This document shows, piece after piece, positions 57,474 through 64,000 of a stretch of 64,000 bases of DNA (within the stretch, counting starts at the first letter, position 1; each line of letters starts with the position of its first letter). Made by a program: the position numbers and the translations under genes. Origin of the DNA: Alphaproteobacteria bacterium (GTDB lineage: Bacteria; Pseudomonadota; Alphaproteobacteria; MPNO01; UBA830); NCBI GenBank assembly GCA_965243135.1, contig OZ251539.1:1696001-1760000 (forward strand), written 5' to 3'. The notes under the pieces were generated by a model that searched no databases, was not told where the DNA came from, and was given only the letters and a program-made list of their open reading frames with translations.

Positions 57474-57800
57474 TCATGCAGTCTCGGCCGCAATCCACTC
57501 CAGAAACCCGGGATTCCCGCCGACGACCGGCAAGGCCACGACGCACGGACAGTCGAAACCGTGCAGGGCGACGATCCTTTCGGTCGCCGAATCGACGAGT
57601 TCCGCGCGCGTCTTGACGATCAGCACGGTCTCCCTGCCCTCCTGCACGCTTCCTTCCCATGCGTAGAACGACGTCATCGGATCGAGGACGTTCGCGCAGG
57701 CCGCCAGCCGCTCTTCGACCAATGCGCGCCCGATCGATCTGGCTTCGTCCGGACCGTCCGTCGTCACGTAGAGCAGCCTGACCTCGCCAGCCTCCGTCAT
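57474..57800 (-). CDS. cutA: Divalent-cation tolerance protein CutA
   Basis: LVEERLAACAN, SFYAWEG, E..LIVKT, LHGFDCPC. Confidence 0.93.
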   Translation of the reverse strand: MTEAGEVRLLYVTTDGPDEARSIGRALVEERLAACANVLDPMTSFYAWEGSVQEGRETVLIVKTRAELVDSATERIVALHGFDCPCVVALPVVGGNPGFLEWIAAETA

Positions 57801-57863
57801 GTTCCTGTCCTTTCGAGAAAAACGCCGCCCGGCTGCGCGGCTTCCGGCCGGAAATCGCGACTA

Positions 57864-57892
57864 TTGACAGAATGCCGCAGCGCGCGCATAAT
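57864..57892 (+). promoter_or_regulatory. Sigma70 promoter of the diiron gene pair
   Basis: TTGACA-N17-CATAAT, 36 bp before ATG 57929. Confidence 0.65.
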
Positions 57893-57928
57893 ACCGTCCA
57901 CGATTCGCGAAACGAAGGGGACTGCATT

Positions 57929-58753
57929 ATGCCCTTCAGCGACGGCTTGCTGCGGCTCGTCGAAAGATCCGCTCCTCTTTGGGCAGGAGAAGCGGAGGTC
58001 GTGCGCGCCTACTGGGATTCGCCGGTCCGGAACGCGGAGACGGATCTTTTGTGGATTCGCCGCCAGTGCTCCAAGGAATTCAACGGCAGCGGCATCGGCG
58101 AATACAGGAACATGGGCGTGTTCATGGGGCCGCTTCTCGAACTCAAGGAGGTGTTTCCGAGGATCGATACCGGCGAACCCGACAGCGTGCCGCGTCGCTA
58201 CGCCCTCGAACTGATGGAGACGATGTTCGACGAGTACAAGCATTTCTGCCTGTTCGCCGACGTTTACGACCGGATCAAACCCGAAGGAGCCCCGACCATG
58301 AATCCGCACGAGCTCGAAACCTGGGAGGAGGACGTGGCCCTCACCCGGTTGCGCCACCGGCATATCGAGGAGCACGGCAAGCTCGGAGTGCGCGCCTGCC
58401 GCTTCACGGAAGGCGGTTACTGCACCCTGTTTCGCGAGGGGATGCGCCTGAAGGGACGCGGCGGGGCGGACGATCTTATCGCGGATGCATGCGCCGAAAT
58501 CTACGAGGACGAATTCGGCCACATGCTCGAAGGCGTAGCGGGCCTCGACCGGGAGGGTTGGACGGGGGCCGATTTCGCGCTGATGGAGCGCCTGGTGATC
58601 GACCAGCTCCGGCACCGCGTAAGGATGCGCAACGCCGAATTCTCCTTCCCGCTGCCGGAGCAACGGGTGAACGCGATCTTCGACGGCGATATCGAACCCG
58701 AACCGTTCGATTTCGCGTCCGCCGAAACCAGGCTGTCGGCTCATGCCGCTTAG
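57929..58753 (+). CDS. Uncharacterised ferritin-like (diiron carboxylate) protein, paralog A
   Basis: Spaced motifs KE...DEYKH...TEGG...EDEFGH (E, ExxH, E, ExxH); RBS GAAGGGG. Confidence 0.7.
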   Translation: MPFSDGLLRLVERSAPLWAGEAEVVRAYWDSPVRNAETDLLWIRRQCSKEFNGSGIGEYRNMGVFMGPLLELKEVFPRIDTGEPDSVPRRYALELMETMFDEYKHFCLFADVYDRIKPEGAPTMNPHELETWEEDVALTRLRHRHIEEHGKLGVRACRFTEGGYCTLFREGMRLKGRGGADDLIADACAEIYEDEFGHMLEGVAGLDREGWTGADFALMERLVIDQLRHRVRMRNAEFSFPLPEQRVNAIFDGDIEPEPFDFASAETRLSAHAA

Positions 58754-59567
58754 CGAACAGTTGCGCGGCGTCATCGCCGCCGCGGCCCCGTTTTTCGCCG
58801 GCGAGGCGGAAGTGGTCCGCACCTACTGGGATTGGCCCGGCCGCTCGATAGAGACGGATCTGTACTGGCTCGAACTTCAGTGCTTCAAGGAGTTCAAGGG
58901 ATCCGGGGTCGGGGAAAAGGACAACATGGGCGTCATCATGGGACCGCTCGCCGAGGTGCAGGAAGCGATACCGAAGATGGACCGCGGCGTCAGCCGCCAT
59001 CGCATCCTCCATCTTCTGGAAGACCTGCACGAGGAATTCAGCCATCTCTGCGCGTTCGCCGACGCGTACGACGCCATTCGACCGGGGGGAACGCAGCCGT
59101 TCGATCCGCATCGCTGCGACGGCTGGAGGGAGGACCGGGAACTGACCGAACTGCGCTATCTGGCTATCGAAGTGCATGGCGAGTTGGGCGCGCGCGCTTC
59201 CAAGTTCACCGAGGGCGGCTATTGCGCGCTGTTCCGCGAGGGCATGCGCCTGAAAGACCGCGACGGGCCCCACGCGCGGGCGAACGCGGCGATCGCCGCC
59301 GCGTGCGAACTGGTTTACGATGACGAGTTCGAACACATGCTCCAGGGAGTCGTCGGGCTCGACGACATGGGATTCAACTCCGTCGACTGGGAAATCGTGA
59401 AAAGGGTCGTTACCAACCTGCTCGAAGCGCGCCTCTATATGCGCAACGGACAGTTCTCCTACCCGCTTTCGGGGGACCGCATCGAGGAGATCCGCCGCGG
59501 AAAGATCGAACCCGAGTCGTTCGATTTCGAGGCGGCGGAAAAAAGATTGGCGCAGGGCGCCGCGTAA
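58743..59567 (+). CDS. Uncharacterised ferritin-like (diiron carboxylate) protein, paralog B
   Basis: KE...EEFSH...TEGG...DDEFEH; collinear with paralog A; 11-bp overlap with it. Confidence 0.7.
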   Translation: MPLSEQLRGVIAAAAPFFAGEAEVVRTYWDWPGRSIETDLYWLELQCFKEFKGSGVGEKDNMGVIMGPLAEVQEAIPKMDRGVSRHRILHLLEDLHEEFSHLCAFADAYDAIRPGGTQPFDPHRCDGWREDRELTELRYLAIEVHGELGARASKFTEGGYCALFREGMRLKDRDGPHARANAAIAAACELVYDDEFEHMLQGVVGLDDMGFNSVDWEIVKRVVTNLLEARLYMRNGQFSYPLSGDRIEEIRRGKIEPESFDFEAAEKRLAQGAA

Positions 59568-59614
59568 GCGTCTGTCGCCGCGGGGCCTCCGGGAAGCGCG
59601 CCGGCCGCGCCGCT

Positions 59615-60412
59615 TCACCGATAGAAGGGATTGGCGCCCGCACCGTGGTCCGTCAGATCGACGACGCCCTGGATGGCCGGAACCTCCGTCATGATCGCGT
59701 TGCGAACGCCCTGCTGCAGCGTGGCCGCGGACGCGGAACATCCTTGGCATCCCCCTTCCATGCGCACGTAAGCGACGCGATCGACGACGTTGACGAGGTC
59801 GATCCGCCCGCCGTGCGCCGCGACGGCCGGGTTTATGCTTTCGTCGAGCAGACGAGAGACCGCTTCGGCTTCGGGACCGGGCGGATCCGTGAACACCCGA
59901 TCCGGCACGCGGGGCGCGTCCCCGATCCATTCCACTCTGGACACTTCCGGCACGTGATGCCTGACGATGCTGGCCACCATGGATTGCTTTCTCGGCCCGC
60001 CGCCGCCGATTAGCTCCAGCGTCAGGGAGCCGTCTTCGAAGCCCTTGAACAGGATTTCGCCGCCGTAGGCGCCGATCGCCGGCCGTATGCGGTCGTCGAC
60101 GAGATCCAGGATCTTCATGACGACGGGTTCGGCCAGAACGGGTTCGCCCGACGCGTAATGCTCCATGATCGCGCCGAGGACGGACGGCTTCAGAATGTAC
60201 CATTCCTTGCCGGGGTCGCGGCGAGCCATGAGATCGTCGAGTCCCAGGGACACCGCCGCGATTCCGTCGATTTTCAACAGGCGCCGCGCAAGGGGCGAAG
60301 TCGCCGCGGCTCGGGCTTCGTCCACGCGCGCGCTGCCCGGCGGGAGGACGGCTTCGCCGGGCATGAAAAGCATCGACAGCGGATCTTCCTGGCTGCGGGT
60401 CTGGATGAACAT
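59615..60412 (-). CDS. Nfu/NifU-family Fe-S carrier (Nfu_N + degenerate NifU + NifU)
   Basis: MFIQT..SPLA..KP..LGAIMEH; RIRPA..GG without CxxC; INPAVAAHGG..GGCQGC..TDH..G.NPFY. Confidence 0.87.
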   Translation of the reverse strand: MFIQTRSQEDPLSMLFMPGEAVLPPGSARVDEARAAATSPLARRLLKIDGIAAVSLGLDDLMARRDPGKEWYILKPSVLGAIMEHYASGEPVLAEPVVMKILDLVDDRIRPAIGAYGGEILFKGFEDGSLTLELIGGGGPRKQSMVASIVRHHVPEVSRVEWIGDAPRVPDRVFTDPPGPEAEAVSRLLDESINPAVAAHGGRIDLVNVVDRVAYVRMEGGCQGCSASAATLQQGVRNAIMTEVPAIQGVVDLTDHGAGANPFYR

Positions 60413-60416
60413 GCCT

Positions 60417-61637
60417 CTATGCCCCGCCGTAACGCCGCTCGACGTAGTCTTCGACGAGCTGCTGGAATTCCTGCGCGATTCTCGCGCCGCGCAGGGTCGC
60501 CTTCTTTTCGCCGTCGATGAAAACCGGCGCCGCCGGCGCCTCTCCCGTGCCGGGCAAGCTTATCCCGATATCGGCGTGCCTCGATTCCCCCGGGCCGTTC
60601 ACGATGCAACCCATTACGGCGACGTTCAGATTCTCCGCGCCGGGATACTTGTCGCGCCATTCCGGCATGCGGCTGCGGACGAAACGCTGGATGTCGCGCG
60701 CAAGTTCCTGGAACACGATGGACGTCGTTCTGCCGCATCCCGGACAGGAGGCGACCAGCGGCACGAACGCGCGCAGTCCCATCGTCTGGAGCAGTTCCTG
60801 CGCGACCAGGACCTCCCGCGTGCGGTCTCCGTCCGGTTCCGGCGTCAGCGATACGCGGATGGTGTCGCCGATGCCCTCCTGCAGAAGGATTCCCATCCCC
60901 GCCGCGGAGGCGACCACCCCCTTGGTGCCCATTCCAGCCTCGGTCAGTCCGAGATGCAAGGCGTAGTCGCACCTCGCCGCCAGATCTCGATAGACGGCGA
61001 TCAGATCCTGCACCGCGGAAACCTTCGCCGAGATCACGATGCGCTCCCGGGACATGCCCAGTTCCTCCGCCCTCGCGCCCGACAGGAGAGCCGACTGCAC
61101 CATCGCGTCGCGCGTAATCCGGGCCGCGTCCTTCGGACGGCTCGATCTCGCGTTCTCGTCCATCAGCCGGGTCAGCAGGTCCTGGTCGAGGGATCCCCAG
61201 TTGACCCCTATGCGAACCGGCTTGCGGTGTCGGTTGGCGATTTCGATCATGGTCGCGAACCGGGCGTCCCGTTTCCGGCCGAAACCGACGTTTCCCGGGT
61301 TTATCCGGTATTTGGCCAGCGCTTCGGCGCAGGCCGGATTCTCGGACAGCAGCTTGTGGCCGATGTAATGAAAATCGCCGACGAGCGGAACGTCGACGCC
61401 CGTCCGCGCCAGACGGTCGCGGATATGCGGAACCGCCTTCGCCGCCTCGTCGCGGTCCACCGTAATGCGGACCAGTTCGGAACCGGCCCGGGCCAGCGCG
61501 GCGACCTGCGCCGTCGTCGCTTCGACGTTCGCCGTATCGGTGTCGGTCATGGATTGAACCACGATCGGCGCGCCGCCCCCGATCAGCGCGTCGCCGACCC
61601 GAACGGCGACGCTCTTGCGCCGGGGCATCCCGTTCAT
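60417..61637 (-). CDS. ispG: HMBPP synthase (flavodoxin/ferredoxin-dependent)
   Basis: [45 protein letters not shown]. Confidence 0.97.
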   Translation of the reverse strand: MNGMPRRKSVAVRVGDALIGGGAPIVVQSMTDTDTANVEATTAQVAALARAGSELVRITVDRDEAAKAVPHIRDRLARTGVDVPLVGDFHYIGHKLLSENPACAEALAKYRINPGNVGFGRKRDARFATMIEIANRHRKPVRIGVNWGSLDQDLLTRLMDENARSSRPKDAARITRDAMVQSALLSGARAEELGMSRERIVISAKVSAVQDLIAVYRDLAARCDYALHLGLTEAGMGTKGVVASAAGMGILLQEGIGDTIRVSLTPEPDGDRTREVLVAQELLQTMGLRAFVPLVASCPGCGRTTSIVFQELARDIQRFVRSRMPEWRDKYPGAENLNVAVMGCIVNGPGESRHADIGISLPGTGEAPAAPVFIDGEKKATLRGARIAQEFQQLVEDYVERRYGGA

Positions 61638-61646
61638 TTCCGGTCT

Positions 61647-62297
61647 CTAGCCCGCCGCGCGCCGGGGCTCGCGCACCGCGGGCCGCTCGGCGCCGAAAGC
61701 TTCGAGCAGGTCGTCGTATTCCGTGAACACCGGAAATTGCGGAAATTCCCGGGCCACGTTGAGAGGCGGACGAAACAGAAACCCGGAATCCGCTTCGCCG
61801 AGCATTCCGGTGTCGTTATACGAATCTCCGGCGGCGTCGACGACGTAGTTCAATCGCCGAAACGCCTGCACCGCCAGACGCTTGTGATCCGCGAGGCGCA
61901 GCCTGTAATCGCGGATCCGGCCGGAGGCGTCGACTTCGAGGCGGTGACAGAAGAGCGTCGGCCAGCCCAGTTTCTCCATCAGCGGTCCCGAAAACTCGTA
62001 GAACGTGTCCGAAAGGATGACGAGCTGGTGGCGCGCCCGCACCGCGTCGAGGAATCGGCGGGCGCCGGGCAGCGGTTCGAAGCCGTCGATGACGGGCCTC
62101 AGCGCTTCCATCCCCAACCCGTGCCGGTCGAGGATGCCAAGGCGCTCCTTCATGAGCGCATCGTAGTCGGGCTCGTCCCGGGTCGTGCGCCAGAGATCGT
62201 CGATTCCGGTGCGCTTGGCGAGTTCGATCCATATTTCGGGGGTGAGCACACCCTCCATGTCCAAGCAGATGAGTTTCACGACCCCGAACCGAACCAT
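61647..62297 (-). CDS. thrH: Phosphoserine phosphatase/homoserine phosphotransferase (HAD)
   Basis: CLDMEGVL.PEIW, TTRDEPDYD.LM, LSDTFYEF, AAGDSYND; start may be GTG 62279. Confidence 0.9.
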   Translation of the reverse strand: MVRFGVVKLICLDMEGVLTPEIWIELAKRTGIDDLWRTTRDEPDYDALMKERLGILDRHGLGMEALRPVIDGFEPLPGARRFLDAVRARHQLVILSDTFYEFSGPLMEKLGWPTLFCHRLEVDASGRIRDYRLRLADHKRLAVQAFRRLNYVVDAAGDSYNDTGMLGEADSGFLFRPPLNVAREFPQFPVFTEYDDLLEAFGAERPAVREPRRAAG

Positions 62298-62502
62298 TAG
62301 CGCGCGCAATATAGCATCAGCAGGCCGCCGCGGCAATCTTGCCGCGGTCTTCCTGTCAGTAACAGATGATATGTCCGGTCCATGTACCCTGTCCGAATTT
62401 AGAACGCTTCCAAACCAAGAAGGCGGCGGACGGAACAGCGACAGGGACCTGTCATCTGTCCGCGGTTAACTCCCTGAACCGATTGGTTTAGTTGAACGGG
62501 CC

Positions 62503-62800
62503 ATGCCAATTGGCCTACACCAGTTTTCGCCGGATTCGGTTGCATGGGTGCGGAAAGCTGTCGATTCGGGAGAGCGCTGCCGTACGTCACTGGCGCATGG
62601 GCTCCGCGAGCCGGCGGGGGCGACAGCCCGGGTCGCTGTCGCGCGGACGCGCGCCGCGCTTGCCGGGTTCCCGGCCGCCGGCAAGCCTTGCGCGAGAAAC
62701 GGAGAAAAGGTCGCTCGTCGAGTTTCGCGCCGCGGCGTTGTCGCCGGCCCCCCGTTCGACGCCGAAGCGGAAGGCGCGCCGTGCGACCGCGACAGTCGCT
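62503..62800 (+). pseudogene. Eroded N-terminal fragment of a putative IS4/DUF4338-type transposase
   Basis: MPIGLHQFSPDSVAWVRKAVDSGERCRTSLAHGL recalls the N-termini of DUF4338-fused IS4 transposases; similarity decays afterwards (from memory, not searched). Confidence 0.4.
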
Positions 62801-62832
62801 CGACTTCGAGGTCTCGCCGGCGAGGAAGGGCG

Positions 62833-63402
62833 TCAGTCGCCCTTCGTTCCCGCCCCGTCGTCCGTCGGCGTCGTTCGTTCGGCGACGGTCTCCGGCGCGG
62901 CGGTCCGGCGGATCAGCGCCTTGAGCGCCGTCATGCTCTCCTCGTGGCGGCGTTCTTCGGCTTCGCGCTGCTGCTGCATGGCTGCGCTCTGCTGCTGCGT
63001 GGCCGTGCGCTGCTGTTCCATCGCTTCCTCGTGGCGGCGTTCTTCGGCTTCGCGCTGTTGCTGCATGGCTGCGCTCTGCTGCTGCATAGCCGCGCGCTGC
63101 TGTTCCATCGCTTCCTCGTGGCGGCGTTCTTCGGCTTCGCGCTGTTGCTGCATGGCTGCGCTCTGCTGCTGCATAGCCGCGCGCTGCTGTTCCATCGCTT
63201 CCTCGTGGCGGCGTTCTTCGGCTTCGCGCTGCTGCTGCATGGCTGCGCTCTGCTGCTGCGTAGCCGCGCGCTGTTGTTGCCCGCGTTCGTCGCTGGCGCG
63301 GACCATCGCACGGATGCCATACCAGATGCCGACGGCCGCGACGGCGGCCGCGAGCGCGTTGACGGAAGCGACGGCGAGGTTAGCGATCGCGAAGGCACTC
63401 AT
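62833..63402 (-). CDS. Membrane-anchored coiled-coil repeat protein (hypothetical)
   Basis: RBS GGAAAGGA; hydrophobic N-terminal helix; four 29-aa Q/E/R-rich repeats; ends ESMTALKALIRRTA. Confidence 0.8.
   Translation of the reverse strand: MSAFAIANLAVASVNALAAAVAAVGIWYGIRAMVRASDERGQQQRAATQQQSAAMQQQREAEERRHEEAMEQQRAAMQQQSAAMQQQREAEERRHEEAMEQQRAAMQQQSAAMQQQREAEERRHEEAMEQQRTATQQQSAAMQQQREAEERRHEESMTALKALIRRTAAPETVAERTTPTDDGAGTKGD
62941..63280. repeat. Tandem 87-bp repeat, about 4 copies (coding VNTR)
   Basis: CTCGTGGCGGCGTTCTTCGGCTTCGCGCTG recurs at 62941, 63028, 63115 and 63202. Confidence 0.95.
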
Positions 63403-63599
63403 GAGCGTCCTTTCCGGAGACGGGAGACAGTATCCGCGGCGCCGATGCGATCGTCAAGGGAGACGTTTGCGCCAGGGCGGGAACGGGGCGGCGGCGTTCA
63501 TTGCCCGTCCTCGGGGCGGCGCGCAGGACGGCCCGCAAGCGGCGAAACGCCTGAACTCCAGGCGCGGTTCCGTCGAACGGGAGCGTCGTCCGGTCGAGC

Positions 63600-63801
63600 G
63601 AGGCGGACCTGTCGAACCTCCAGGCTTCGGCCATGGGCGGAAAGTCTGAGGAAACATGCAACCAGCGTGGGCCCGCCTGGAGGCGGAACGGGCAGGTCAC
63701 CCCGCGACCGAACGCTTACCCGCGAGTTCACTGGTTGCCTTCAGGGGCAAGCCATGGTGCTGCGGGACTGTATCATGCTGAAAGAAAACAGTATTTTCTG
63801 A
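63600..63801 (+). pseudogene. Possible eroded C-terminal fragment of the same transposase
   Basis: Frame-broken bits (..SVG-RLGG..; ..PATERL..) resemble the IS4 C-terminal 'GRLAGF..QPLPGTEKL' segment; weak. Confidence 0.25.
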
Positions 63802-64000
63802 TCCGATTACTCTCAGACGTGAGAGGAAACGAAAACGCCTTCCTTCCGGGCGTGGATCGGACGTCCTCGATTATTTTGCACCTGAAACTGCCGGTTATCG
63901 TGACTGCTCACAGGAGATTCCGAGTTAAATCCGGGAGGCTGACAGGACAGGGACCGAGGAAATTCAAAGAAGTATACGGTCGTATCCGTCAGGGGATACT

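Noticed and set aside
62941-63280. Regularly spaced repeats as a possible CRISPR array
   Set aside because: The whole 87-bp unit repeats with no unique spacers, it is in frame in a CDS, and there are no cas genes.
62503-63801. 432-aa plus-strand ORF as a functional membrane protein
   Set aside because: Its hydrophobic repeats are just the antisense reading of the Q/E/R repeat gene, which has the better RBS and a coherent architecture.

Overview
GC-rich alphaproteobacterial (Rhodospirillales-like) chromosomal segment. It is mostly conserved housekeeping clusters: rpsB/dnaE; yceD-rpmF-plsX-fabH-ihfA-merR-tRNA-Pro; bamE/hppA; rpiB-glyA-nrdR-ribD-ribE-ribB-ribH-nusB-thiL; rplM-rpsI-argC; thrH-ispG-nfu. 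These are interleaved with transporters (TAXI-TRAP, orphan DctP, three MFS, BMP-type nucleoside ABC) and catabolic enzymes (Mo-hydroxylase L-M-S, AMDase/maleate-isomerase family, sulfatase, VOC, hydrolases). The accessory elements are the most interesting part. (1) An AT-richer island (~13.1-16.4 kb) holds a TauD-like Fe/2OG oxygenase coupled to a GRDP/DUF1399-like protein with a twin CWHxC tail, next to a group II intron 3' relic interrupted by a ~104-bp MITE. (2) A translationally coupled pair of paralogous, uncharacterised ferritin-like diiron proteins has its own promoter. (3) A Cys-rich MarR gene is divergent from rpoH2, with two palindromic operator-like boxes flanking an RpoH-type promoter. 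(4) A frameshifted HEPN-like gene precedes a small partner gene. (5) A membrane-anchored protein with 4x87-bp repeats sits inside what appears to be an eroded IS. All calls come from motif recognition by eye; no database searches were run.
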